Positions 35,639-49,972 of a DNA stretch of 64,000 nt are shown in pieces. The stretch's first letter is position 1, and each line of letters begins with the position of its first letter. The stretch is from Rotaria socialis (lineage: Eukaryota): the NCBI GenBank assembly GCA_905331295.1, contig CAJNYD010000034.1:248001-312000 (forward strand), in the 5' to 3' direction. Below the pieces are notes generated by a model. That model was given only the letters and a program-made list of their open reading frames with translations, was not told the origin of the DNA and searched no databases. Position numbers and translations under genes: made by a program.

Positions 35639-38600
35639 ATGATGTCAAGTCCATTTACTTGGCTTTTAGGAATCGGACGTTCACCAGCACCATCCAATGT
35701 AGCTAATAATACAACATATCAAACACCATTAAATCAAACTACGGTTACAAATTCATCACAAACTCCTACTTTATCAGCAACACCAACAGCAAACAATTTT
35801 TCACTACATCGAAATTTAACTCAGCTTGTCGATGAAGGACAACGTTCATCATTAAAAACTAAACGTGAATTAATAACTAGTGTTGATCAATTAAGTACAT
35901 TAGCCTTTTTAAATTCTTCAACTGGTATCAATGTACAACGTATACAAGATCAGTTTGAACAAATTGATAAAACATTACAAACAACAGCAGTAGTTAAACC
36001 TAGAGATTTCAAAGAAGATACGATCGAACAACATATCGATGGAAAATTGCAGAATAATCTTAATGATTATCTTAAACATGAACGAGAAAAAACACTTCTA
36101 TCAATGTTAAGAATGATTGAAGATAAAGTAAATATGAAAAAAAAAGGATTTTTTTAAATATTTTACTCTTTAGACATACGATGAAATCACTCGTCATAGT
36201 AATTATGTATTAGATAGTAATTGGCAAAAACAACGACAAAAAATTCTATCAACTGTATCAAAACATGATCAAACTTATCTCGACGAAGCAAACGCAATGC
36301 AGGTAAGAATTTAACAAATCAAATCCTTTTAGCTTTCACATGTATGCTATTGATTAGATTAAACGTTTTGAAACACCCAGAACATTATCAAGAGGTTTAT
36401 CCAATATTGAAGCTGCGTATGCAAAAGTGGTAAGTTAAAATATCAGATTTTAATTGGAGGAAATAAATGATTACCAAAATAGATAAGTGTGAGCAACGCA
36501 GCGTCAGAGACATTCACTGATCAAAATTTACTCATACAAATAGTAGTGTTCAGATACCCAGAAAAGAAATCGAAATATAGTTTTTCACTTTAAAATACTG
36601 CTGAACAACGTCTACAGACTTTTCACAGTAAGAACCCTACACAATGAAACAATTATAAGTAATTCTCGTAACAAATTTATTGAGACAAAATATTTCAGGC
36701 CCATTGTTGATCGAATTTCAGTCGACAAGTTGTTTTATATACATAGATCGTCTCTGTATGAAAATGAATATGTTTCCATCAAGAAAAAAAATATTCATTC
36801 ACTTAAGATAGATTTCGAGAAATTATAGGAGAATATAGACCGACATTAGTTATGCATCAATATTTTCAAAAACTTCTTTTCGCAGTAGTTATGTAATTTG
36901 GTTTTATTTTATGGATGTTTTATTATTTAACGATATTAACTATCTGATAATTACCCAGTTATTTCAGTATTTACACAAGAATTCAGTAATATTATAGAAA
37001 ATTCCAAGTTGACTCACCTTTCATATTGTTATAAGAATTGGATATGAATACTTTATGAAATTCTGAAAGTTTGCAAATCTAACTATTTTATTGTATCGAA
37101 AATCTCCAGTAATACTTTGCATGGCTACCCGAAAGACTTCTAAGAACTAATCTTTTTTCAGACTTACTCTCATGCACACTTATGACATTAGTGAACGAAA
37201 AATCGATCGATACTAAAATGGTTATTTCAAGCTGAACAATGCCACCTACATTGAAAATGAATTTTCTTTCGTTTTTATTTATAATCTACCAGTAATGATT
37301 TGCACAGTACACGTATATCTAGCTCATCTACTTTTAATTTAAAAAAAATGAATGTGATGACATGAATTATTCTCATTGTCTTAGTGCATCCTTAGTAAAA
37401 GAACTTTGTTACTTACTCTCTAATTTTTAATTACATCACACTTTTCATTCTATGAAAACACTAACTGTTCGTAAAATTATTCAACCTTAGCTCAGTCCAC
37501 AAATAAGAAGATCGCAAGAACTAGTGATTGAGATCACCTGTATGAGTATTAACTCATTCGTTATAAACTATACTAAAAAAATAAGTGATCGTGCATTTCT
37601 ATTTCCATGCTGACTCCTACAGCTATTAATTCAAATAACCGATCAAGATAAAAGATTCCACTGGATCTATGTTTTAGACACATTTTGCCACCTCCATCCT
37701 TTTCTATCGTCTGCGTAAGCGTTTCTAGTATTCATTCATTGCAGATAGAAAGCATGCCATTGATCGCACGAGCTGTTAGATAAATTTATTGTTCAGGACG
37801 ATTTTCCCTCTAGAATTTGATATTTTTCTCATCAATTTTTATTATTTCTCTAAGAGACTAGTATTTTTGGTGCAAAAAATTCATCCTAGCTCTCTTGATC
37901 TTTAAGTCACTGATTCAATATTTTCCTTCGTCTCAATCATTTTTGTTACCGACTAGATAATTTTATTGATTCTCATTGCAACATAATTTCAATCTAGATT
38001 GCACTTTATAATGTTGGCAAAATTCCACGTCAAAATCTAATCGATGAATTTACAATTGTTGTTGAATCGTCTAATCAGCCACAGGTAAACTTCAAAAGAT
38101 ATATATACATATGTATATATATATATCGATAGAAATATCTATTTTAGGCAGCTGTTGACTTATGGACTACTGTTCGTTGTATGAGTCAACTTCCATCGGA
38201 CTATTTAATTAATCGAACGTCATTGCCATCTCAACAAGCTATTGTATTATCTGCTCGAAATTATTTAGAATATTCGTATGTTCAGTTTTGTTGTTTTGAT
38301 ATTTTATTTAAATGACTGTTTATTCTCGTAGATTTCGTATTCAGTTATCAAAACTTTTTATCAATCTTGTGCCAGATGAAGATATTCATAAGCCAGGTGC
38401 AATATATAAATTAATTATACGTTATATTCGACAAAAACATCCAAATATTGTTCATATTATTGATGACGTAGGCTTATCATCATATGCTTAATATTTTAAA
38501 TATTTCTTTTTTAATAGGATGGCAATATTGATGATTTACCTATTTGGTCGATTCTTTTCTATTGTTTACGTGCAGGTGATTTACAATCAGCGTTAAATGC

Positions 38601-41577
38601 TGCCAAGCGATGCCAGTAAGTGAAGTGTAATTATAGAATCTAAATAGACTTCTTTTTTTTTCATTTCTTTTCAAGTTTAACAAGTGTAGTTGAATGGTTA
38701 AATAATTATCTAAAAAATAATAATCAATCTATCGATCCGACAATACGTTTGAAAATTCAAGATGTCTACGATCGAGAGCATTTGACAAATCCATTTAAAA
38801 GGTAAAATTTTATTTCAGTTTTAGAATTGCATACACTGGTCGTATTTGTTCGCGATCCTTTTATGAAATGAGATGCAAAATATCAAAACAACAGAAAACT
38901 AGATTAATCGCGACTACTAGGCAAGACAGTTAACCGCATTGAAATGAAAAACAAAATTTAGTTTCGTACATATCTGATTGTAAGATTTATTCGTTCCTAG
39001 TGAGAGAACTTTTCAGTATAGGTCGTAGTGTAACGAAATAGGTGTCGGATGTAAGATTGATTAAAATTATTTTTACAATATCGTGCTGTTGATTTAGAAG
39101 AATAATTAAACTATAAAAAGCAAGAAAATTGATCATGAGTGTCAGTATAGAGATTATTGTACACTTTGATTGGCCTTAGATATTTAAGTAGAAAAATATT
39201 GAGCTATAGTATGTTCCTTAACAGACTTGATTTTTTGAGTGCTATACTTAAAGAAAACTTTTGTTTCCTACAATACAAATACCAATAGTGATTTTATATG
39301 TTTCATCTATACATGAAAATATTTAAAACTCGATTTCAATCAATATGTAATATATTCTCTTTTACATTTTAGTATAGTATTATCCATACTTTCTGCATAT
39401 GATGTGAATAATATGCATGAATTAATAATCAGTTCCATTGATGATCTTCTATGGCTTCGATTATCTCAAATTGTACTTCCAAATCAAGATTTAATGACAC
39501 TCAATAAATTACAAAAACTTGTATACAATGAAGGAAGTAAGAATAAATTAGTATTTTGAAAATTGTTTATTAAGAAATTTTTCAAATAGATGAGAATCGA
39601 AGTTCATTTAATGAGAAACCAGTTCAATATGCTATGTGTTTATTATTAACTGGCCAATTTGAAACCGCTATTGATTTATTAAATCAAATAGAACAATTTC
39701 GTTGTCATGCTGTTCATATAGGAATATATTTGCACGAATGTCGATTACTTTCTACAGCTTCGAAATCAGATAGTCCTATGCGTAAGTTTTGTATTCAATA
39801 GAAGAAAAAAAACAATTTATTTTATTATCTTTGCTTTTCCCTCCATCATATAGTAACAGCAACATTAATAACTGTAGATCCATTAAAATCAATCAATTAT
39901 CAACGTTTATTAACAAATTACACAGAAAAGTGTCGTTATGATAGTGAATTATGGCAAATAGTTAATTATTTTTATTTACTTAAACAAATACGACAAAAAG
40001 ACGGGGAAAATTGTTTTATTGAATCATTGGCAGTTTTATTAGTTAAATTGAATGAAAACGATACTGACAATTTACTTGAAAGATTATTTGGTACTAATAG
40101 ACAAGGAGCTTTTACTGAAGTAAATTGACTGTTTATTTGAAATATCTTAAAAAGAAAAATGTTCTTTTACTTTAGGCTCGTATCCTCGACCATCTTGATA
40201 TTGATACGAATGTTGTTACAGCTAATGTTGGACTTTATCTTGAAAAACATGGCCATTTAGAACTAGCAGCTGTGCTTTACGATCGTGCTAAGGTAAATTT
40301 TAAAATGATGATTAGGAAATAGATATTCTATTTGAGGTTCCTTCTTTTTTTTTGGCATGATGGATATTCACGGATATCTATGAAAAACGAATACTCGCTA
40401 CTTTTCCTGTAACATATAGATAATCATATACTAATAAATATCATTGAAATTTACAATAGAAATTGAAATTTGTGATACCACTTGTTCCTATTGTCTATTA
40501 TTTCTACTGATTTATTTAAGATAATACTTTTGGATCTCGAATATTACCGCAGCATTGCTTTCAAAATCTATCTGAGTACAATTCTCGTTAGAAAAATATA
40601 GTTTTTAATATCTAAAGAACTGGCTCCATGTTTTTTATGGAAAGATCTCATCATAGTACTTTTCATGTGTTTCTAGAAACCTAAATAAAAAATGCTACTC
40701 CTACAATGGTTTAACTAATAGAATTACTTTTAATTGGAATTGATGTTCGATTGAAATAAAAATCAATTCAATTTTATGTTCTCTTTATCGATTAGAAATG
40801 CTTTCTTATTCGAAATAGTTATAATACCTTTACAAAGCATTTAAGAACGCAGTTTAGCCAAATGAGAAGATCGGAAGTAGTCGATTTAGTTGTACATCGT
40901 TAGTAAAACGAATGTAGTTCAAAGCAAAATATCATATTTCATTGATTTTTCTTTAGAAACTACGTCAAGCTTGTTCAATATACAATCGTCTTTTATCAGA
41001 GACTATTCGTACATTAATATCTTCAAATACACTCGGTGCACAAAATATTTTAACAGGTGCACGTTCATTTGCTTCTCGTCTTGCATCAACACAAAACGAT
41101 TGTGATCGTTTGGCAAATACTTTATTTACTCTGCTTGATATTTATATCTACATAGAATTTTTTAAATCTCAACAATTTGAACGTGCATATGAAATTATAC
41201 AAAAACTATCATTATTACCATTTGCGCATACACAAATTGATCAATGTCTTGAATTAATTAATTATTATTCATCAGAAATCATGGATTGTTATCCTGACAT
41301 AATACTTATGACGTTGACATTGATGGCAATATTAGCAAGTGTAGAATATAAATCAGCATTAAATCTATCAAATCAACATTTATCACTTGCTGCAACGAGT
41401 TCATTTGATCAACGATCATCAAATATACTTAGTACAAATAAACAAGGTCTATTAGATGAATTAAAACGACAAGCTGATGTTCTTTTTCGTTATATTGGTT
41501 TATTGCCAATAAAACTTCATAATCATGTACATGTACAACTCATGGAATGTTTCAGTCGAATTAAAAATGCTTGTTAA
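35639..41577 (+). CDS. NUP93: Nuclear pore complex protein Nup93, multi-exon
   Basis: LHRNLTQL N-terminal helix, ARNYLE, IWSILFYCLRAGDL, NPFK, SIDDLLWLRL, LLLTGQFETAIDLL, HAVHIGIYL. Confidence 0.9.
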
Positions 41578-41865
41578 AAAAAATAAAAATAAAAACTTTT
41601 TTGTTGTTAGATAAAAAGAACTTAAGATACACATTTTTTTTAGATTAAAAAACAAATAATCTATTATAGTATATTTTGGAAATTCTACCAAGGATTCACA
41701 AATATTTATAGTGAATATTATATCCGTTTTATCTACAATGATGCATAATTTAGATTACTAAAGTATAGACAATAATAATCGTACTTTGTCAATTCATTAA
41801 CTTGGCATGATTTTATTTTGATTTTAAAAAGAGTACAACATTTTCTTTTTGTTTTTCAATTTCAG

Positions 41866-44607
41866 ATGATTCAAGATGAGACTTTTTCGATGCCTAATAG
41901 GCGTACAACTACTCTTGACAATGCTGAACGTGTACATAGTGAACTTTTAAGTCAAGCAACATCTAGACAAACTTACGAACATCAACAAGCCAGCACAAGT
42001 GCAAATATTCCCACACGTCGAGAAAGTATGTATTTACATTTTTCGAATAGGAAATTTACTGAACTCATTCTTATTTAGCTGAAACAGTCAGATTAGAAGA
42101 CCAACCACTCGCCGAAGATCAACAAGCACTTCTTGCAGAATTTGAACGACGTCGAAGAGTAAGAAAAGAAAAATCAATATCTATAGAAAAAAAATAGAAT
42201 TTTGATTCTTTGTTTAGGCTCGACAAATTCATGTTTCAACTGACGATGTTGAAGTAAAAGCAAATCTACGTCAATTAGGAGAACCGATTTGTAAGAAATA
42301 ATATCACAATTTTGCATAAGTCGTATCTTTGAATGTTTCTTTTTTCTTTCTTTCTTTCTTTAGGCTTATTTGGTGAAGGTCCAGCGGAACGACGTGAACG
42401 TCTTCGTAATTTAATATCACGTTTGTCCGATGATGAGATCGCACAAAAATTACGGAAAAAAGAAGAACATGAGAAGAGAAGCGAAGATAAAAAAGAAGTA
42501 CGGAAAAATTAATAATAATTTTTTTATTCTTATTATTTATTTCATTTGTTGTCTAAAGGAAGTTACTTGGTACCATGAAGGTCCCGAAGAATTACAAATA
42601 GCACGATATTGGATTGCTCAATATTCTCTACCGAGGTAAGATAGACGAAATTTTAATTTTAAGAATAGAAGAAGTAACATAAAATTGATTATGAAGAGTT
42701 TTTTTTTATTAATATCTTTGATCTATTATTTTGTTTAGAGCAAAAGAACGAATTCAAAAACTAAAAGAATATGTTGCCGTACCTGAAGTATATCGAACAG
42801 CTAAGATTCAAGATTTATATCGTCGCTTACGTGTAAGTATTATAGCTTTTTAATTTTAATTTGTATCGTTCGTGAGTTGTTTTTAGGCTACATCATTGCA
42901 TTGCAGTCAAGTCGGAGATGCTCGTCCTTTATCCTATTGTGAATTTAGTCCAAATGATCAAATGGTTGCTGTTTCATCTTGGTATGAAGAATTTATGATC
43001 AATATATATATATATATTTATGCATAAGTTACTCTAGTCTGAAATAGAAGATCGCTCTACTCTATTTATACGATGCTTAGTCTTAAACTAAAATCTACAA
43101 ATCATTTACAGTTAAATATCATATGTAACCAGAAGAATAATTTCGAAGATCGATTATTAGAGAAAAACTTCTGAAATAGTAAACGAGGCAATGATTAGAA
43201 TCCCTAATAAAATGTGAAAAGTGAATTTAAGAATAATCTTTTAAATACTTCGGATACGATTAGTCACTGCCAGTTTGTCTTCGATCTTCTGTTGAAAGCG
43301 TATTTGAATCATCAAGAATATACGGTATGTCAAAAGTTTTAGTAGGAAATGTACTCGATGAAGAATTTCATTCACTATTCAACGTAAATACTTAATATTT
43401 GAGTAACAATAATACATTGGTTTTATACTTTACGACACTATTGGTTTTCTTTTTAGTCTTTTTTTCATTGTTGACTTGAAATACCTTATTCTAGGAGTGG
43501 TTTATGTAAAATTTGGACAGTACCAGATTGTAAACATGTTCGAACATTGCGTGGCCATACAATAAACGCTTGTTGTGTTAGTTGGCATCCGCAGGCAACC
43601 TTAACACAAGATCCCAGTGTGATTAATTTAGCATCTAGTGCATTTGATGGAAGTGTTAAATTATGGAATCTTGAAAGTGACGAACCTATTACTGAAATAG
43701 AAGGTAATTGAAAATTTATTGAAAATATATACCAACTAAAACCTACTTTCGCTTAGGTCATGAACCATTTCGCGTATCCAAAGTAAAATTTCATCCATCG
43801 GGAAGATTTTTGGCAACTGCTTGGTAAAAATTTGCGAATTTAATTGAATAATCATCTTTCTATTTATTTGTTCATTTAGCTATGACCATTCATGGCGTTT
43901 ATGGGATCTGGACACTCAAGAAGAAATTTTACATCAAGAAGGTCATTCAAAAGCTGTTCATGATGTAGCATTTCAATGTGATGGCAGTTTAGCAGCTACA
44001 GCGTATGTAGACAATATAATTAAAATATTGAATTTAATATGCCGAATTTCTCTAGTGGAATGGATGCATATGGTCGCGTATGGGATTTGCGAACTGGTCG
44101 TTGTATTATGTTTTTAGAAGGTCATCTTAAACCAATAATATCAATTGATTTTTCACCGAATGGGTTTGTCGAATAGAATTTCTTATTCATGTTTGTGAGC
44201 CTCTTCTTTTTGTTCTAATTAGGTATCATATTGCGACAGGTTCCGAAGATAATCTATGCAAGATTTGGGATTTACGTCAGATAAAAAATGCTTACAGTAT
44301 CGCAGCTCATCAAAGTTTAGTTTCAACGGTGAAATTTCAACGTATGTTTTAAAATAAAAAAAACAATAATCTTTCTGAAAAATGAATTAAATTTCTTTTG
44401 ATAGGTACTGAAGGACATTATTTAGTCACTGTTTCTTATGATAATACAATTAAATTATGGATGCATCCAGTATGGTCAGCACTTTATTCTTCGACGGGAC
44501 ATGAACAAAAAATCATGTCAGCCGATTTATCTCTGGATGGACGATGGATTGCCACTGTTTCTTATGATCGAACATTAAAAATTTGGTCACCTGAGCAAAT
44601 CAATTAA
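41866..44607 (+). CDS. PRPF4: U4/U6 snRNP protein Prp4 (SFM + WD40), multi-exon
   Basis: [80 protein letters not shown]. Confidence 0.96.
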
Positions 44608-44781
44608 TCTTTTTCTTTTGTTTTCTTTTTTGTTCTTGTTGTTTTTCTTGTCTGTATTAAATGATTATTAAAAAGAAACAAGCATACGATGGAGAACTGA
44701 AACAATTCATTATTCATTAAAAATAAATGAACCACATAAGTATGTATTCTGATGAATGAAATGACTTTTTCAGATAAAATA

Positions 44782-47700
44782 ATGTCTAGTCAATTTGCTA
44801 ATTTACAAGATTATATTGCTAGTTTACCGGCTAATGTGATACAGAATATTTATGGACATCCGGCTAGTTGCTTAGCTATATTTCGGTTTGTATTATGAAA
44901 TATTTGAGTTTGCTCTACTCTGATACATTTGTAATAATCTTAGTGATTTACCAGTACTTGCGAGAACCATTATCATGAGATTTATTTGTTTACCTAATTC
45001 AGAAACAACTGGACAACCGCAACCCATCAGTCAAGGCGTTGTCTCGTCATGGATTAATCCATCGCATCAAAAGTAAATTAAATCTTAGAAGATTTATTTT
45101 TACATTTTAAATACTACGTTTTCAATAGTACCTATCAAGTAATCAGTCGAATGCTTGTTAAATTAAGTATATGGAATGAAATTGGTACAGATTGGCAGTT
45201 GGATGCTACATTTAGAAATAATTTAACTGGTGCTATTTTTGGCGGGTAAGTTATATGTAGCGATTGGCGAATAAATTTATTAGTAAAGCCCCATTGAGAT
45301 CTGTTGTGTAGAAACTTCCATCGGTCTTTTTAGAGTTATTTCAATAATACAAAATAAGTTCAGTGAAATATCTTTCGAAGACTATAATTGTTTTTCGAGA
45401 TGATTCAAATGGGAAAAGTTTTTATTAAGTTTTGTTGTTAGTTGTTTGCGATGACTCTTTTTAGTATTCGATGTTTTCTCACTCGAAGATTAGTTGTAAG
45501 TACTCTAACGATTCATTTCACTGTTTCAATAAATATCGATTGCATCAACAACAGGGTTGAACACTACAAAATATTCCGATAATATCATGAGCATTGATAT
45601 CAATTATTTCCGAAAGTAAAGTGATACTTTTTCGAGGCTTTTTTATGATGATTCTGACACGTTAATACACCTATTCACCATCATGATATTTCGAGGAGAC
45701 ATTTTTATCTAGCCAATCATTATATTATTCCAAATATTCATGAATGTTTTCGAGTAAAATGAATTCTGACCAAGATAACTCTAATTCCCTATATGTCCAC
45801 TTGTAATTAATAGTGCTCAGTAGTTTTTTCCATTACTATGGAATTTCAGAAGAGAAAACCTTATGCAGGCTCACCGCAAAATCTAGAGTAAAACACTTGC
45901 AATCCCTATATTTTCGTTTGAAAAACGCAATGTGAATTTGATAAAAATGTAAGTTTAATGAAAGATGAAAATGTTTGTCATTGAATTTTACAAAATAAAT
46001 TAAGTTATATCACTTTTTCTTTTAATATTTACTTAGGACAACTAATTGGCTTGATGAAACCGATTCATCAACTGTCCCTACTGAACGTAATATTAAAAAA
46101 ATCGACGAACTCAATCTGTATTCGTCCAATCGGTGGGATGTAATACTAATCTACCTATCGTATTTTTAAAATCATTCTACATTAACTTGTCTCATTGTTT
46201 TCTAGTGCGTTTTACAATACCTTGTAAATCCCGATAGGGGACAAATTACTCGTGATACGATTGATGTGTTTGTTCATGCTAAACTACTCAAACGGTTCTA
46301 TTTTAAAATAGGCAATTAAAAAGAACCTGAATTTTTCTTTTGATACTAATAGAAACGAAGATACTTCTTCATCCAGTACTGATCCTTATACAATAACAGG
46401 TGCTGGTTTTCAATTTTTACTGATGAATCGACGGTCACAAGTGTGGTTTTTTATTATTAATTCATTAGAAACACGCCAAGTATAGATTTTTATTTTTCAA
46501 TGAAAACTTTTCTTGTAGTTATAAATGCCTTTGTTTTTAGCTACGCGGCGAAGACATCAGTGAAAATTTAATATTTTTATTTCAACTTAGCTTTGCAACA
46601 TTTGGCAAAGTAAAATTTAACTACTAAATCAACTTGTATCAATTAAATATTTGATTCATATAGGATTATTCATGTGAAAAATTTAGTGTAGCCAAAGAAA
46701 ATTTTCTGCAGCATCTTCGTGAGCTTGGCCTTATTTGGCAGAAAACGGTAATGGACAATATTTCTAAAAATATGACAGATAATTTGCTGTCTAATCTATG
46801 AAATAATGGATGTATGCCATATATTTAGATCTACTCAGAGGGAAGGGAAGAGGTAAAATACACTGCACTTAGATTCATATAAAAAAGAAGAACGATAATA
46901 AAGAAATTTAATACATTTTCTAAACTGCGATAAGAAAAAAATAATTTTAATTATATAATATATACTTTATTGTCATAATAAATCTTACATGTAAACGATA
47001 AAAGCTCGGAAATTTATTAAAACAATATCCGACACGGTGTTTCTTTGAATATTGTGTATTTTTCATACGAGTGTCTTTTTTTTTGAAAATTTCAGAGAAA
47101 AATCAAACGTTATTTTCCAACAAAACTTGCTATTGAACTTGCATCGGGTTTATCAGCAAGTTCATTTACTGATTGTCAATTGGGCAATGATGAAATTCAA
47201 TCTGGTTTTCTTATAGTTGAAACAAACTACCGTGTTTATGCATATACAAGTTCGTTTAAATGATACTACTGAATTGATAATTTTCTCTCTCGGTTTTTAG
47301 ATAATGATTTATACTTAAGAATTATTGCACTATTTTGTAAGATGCTCTACAGGTATATTAGATTTGCTGAATAAGATTATTTAGCCAAAAAATATTTTTG
47401 AATATTTAGATTTCCAAATATGAGTGTTGGAGTTGTTACTAGGCAAAGTGTTCGAAGAGCTTTAAGCAAAGAAATTTCTGCTGATTTGGTTCGTATAGAG
47501 TTTATATTTTATTCATTTTTTGTCAATAATTTTTGTCTTATATAGATTCTAAACTTTCTAAAATCGCATGCACATCCACAATTGCGAAAACGAGTACGAA
47601 CAAATTATTTTATTTTTCTTTAAATAGACTTTTGTGACTTATTTATAGTTATTGGAAAATAAGCCATTAATACCAACAACAATAAGCGATCAAATTCGTT

Positions 47701-48201
47701 TGTGGTAAATTGATGTCAATTGACATTAACCATTGGAATAAATCGAATGAGATAGCTCGAAAAACAAATAGCAGATAGGGAAATAAATAGTGCCATTTCT
47801 ATTTTTGACGTTTTTCTTTTCTCACCAATAACGTGCCTGTAGTTTTTTGAATGGATACAAATATGATTTTTATTTGAAATCAAACTAGCGAAAGTAAAGT
47901 GCTGCTTTCTTTTATTGTTTAATAGGGAAATGGAACGAGATCGTATTGTCGACCAAGAAGGCATGCTGTATAATCAATTCAATACTGCCAGTGATTTTGA
48001 TATGATTGAAAAATATGCCAGAGTAATTTCGTTATCTTTTTTACTTCATTTCTTTTTATTTTATGCATTTATGTGTAGGACTTGAATGTATTACTTTGGA
48101 GTAATGCACAAAAACGATGTATTATTGTATCAAAAGTAGGCCATGAAGAAGTAAGACGTTTCTGGAAAATGCAACGAACGAAAACAAGCAATGAAAATTG
48201 A
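44782..48201 (+). CDS. GTF2H4: General transcription factor IIH subunit 4 (p52/Tfb2), multi-exon
   Basis: IYGHPASCLAIF, ITGAGFQFLL, FLQHLRELGL, FPTKLA, GFLIVETNYRVYAYT, YRFPN, ISDQIRLWEMERDR, GHEEVRRFWK. Confidence 0.95.
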
Positions 48202-49874
48202 TGAAAATTTTATTCAAAAGAATGAAGTAACTTTCATCAATCGCAGTATCTTGATTAATTTTTATATAAATATCTATACGAATTTGCTTACTCATTGTTG
48301 ACAGCTTTTCTTTTGTGTATATATATATATTGAAGTCCGGTAATATCTTTGTTTGAATACCACGCAAATAAATACGACGAAACGAGATAAAGATAAAGAT
48401 GAAAATTGTCATCTTTTCGAAATAGTCATGAAAATATAAATGAGATTACTCAATAGCAAGTGATAAGAAATAATATTTTGTAATTAGTTACTTATGTAAT
48501 GTTCGTTTAAGAATGAAAGAATATGATCCCATGAAAGTATCATATGAATTTATGATTATTCTAAACACTCGGTCGTGTTCTGTTATTCGTATTGATGAAT
48601 TTTATTCATTTATCATTTCAACTGGACACTACAGAAGTCTTCCATTGTGTGTTCTTGTTGTATACTTGGTAAATAGTTCCACAAGGTCAATGTAAAAGTG
48701 TCATACCGTCAACATGCGGGCACTTCTTAGTGAATTTTATCAAAAATGCCCTCTTATCTTGATTCAGATAAATAGTGTCATTAAAATGACCTTCTTGACT
48801 CGATCAGAATGTGAACAAGATATACTTTTGATACGACAAAAACCTTCGTTTCCGTTTGATACCATAGAAAATATTATTAATGAGAGGAAACCATCAGAGT
48901 CGATGCCTCACATTTGATATGAGAAAATCTTCATTGATAAGAGTCCTGAAGAATTCTTTTCCATGCACTGTTTTTATACTCAATACAATACTCATTAAAA
49001 AACCAAGCAAAAATAAATTCTGATCATTAACTGTTCCCATGAACAGTCTGTCACATCAATAGAATATTGTAGAAGGACAGTTTCAGATTAAGATTTGCTG
49101 AATTTACTTATAAATATTGTATGCAATGTAAACAAAAACGTCCAATAAAACGGCTCTATGTCGAAAAGGAAAATGTATATGGTGCAATCCTTCCAGGTCT
49201 TTTCTGCTGCCAACGAACTCGATCTCATGATGGCCTTATGAAAACAGGACATGCCATTTGGGACGATTTCTTCGTAATTATATTGACATACTATGTAGAC
49301 AGTTACTTTCCGCTATTATTGATGGCATGCATGTATTTGACACGAGTCGTAAAAGTGTCAAATAATCTAGGTTTTGTTATTTTCTTCTCATATTCAATTT
49401 CATCACAAAATTCTTCATTCCACTCTGGAAAAAAACATGAAATCTAAACAAATAAATACTATTGTTTTTGTGAAGGTATTTGCAATATGATAAATATACT
49501 AGTAAACCTGAAAATATACAAAATTCTTTTATATCTTATTCTATGAATTTATAGTTGAAATATGTCTTAAAATCGTGTGGTCACACATGTAACATATCTT
49601 TTATTTATTGCTATAACGCGTTTATTGCAGATGTCCGTAATCTCTCCGACATATTAGCGACCTCTACATCCTGCTACATGGTCAATTGAAATAAACATAA
49701 TCTATATTTCGTCATGGAAACATTCAAATTTAGTCACACTGAGAATTTTTTCATTTCTCTAACGAGTGTTTTAAAGTAGAATTATTAAGACAGTTACTAA
49801 TTGATCAATAACAAAAAATAGAAAAAATAAGATTTGACAGTGAAAAAATGACTCATTCATCTGTCGCTTAAAGA

Positions 49875-49884
49875 ATGGCGTGAT
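49875..49884 (-). promoter_or_regulatory. SRE-like element upstream of SREBP
   Basis: Reverse strand ATCACGCCAT vs consensus ATCACNCCAC, ~90 bp before the ATG; an ATGACTCAT AP-1-like site lies at 49848-49856. Confidence 0.4.
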
Positions 49885-49972
49885 CTTTTTCATAAAAATA
49901 GTCACAGGAAAAAAAAGTATTTCATTTGTCACCTTCATTTATGTAAGTTGACTGTATAGTTTAAAGCAAAAA

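Noticed and set aside
13318..44607. LSM8 and PRPF4 as a functional U4/U6 cluster
   Set aside because: They are 28 kb apart with unrelated genes between; likely coincidence.
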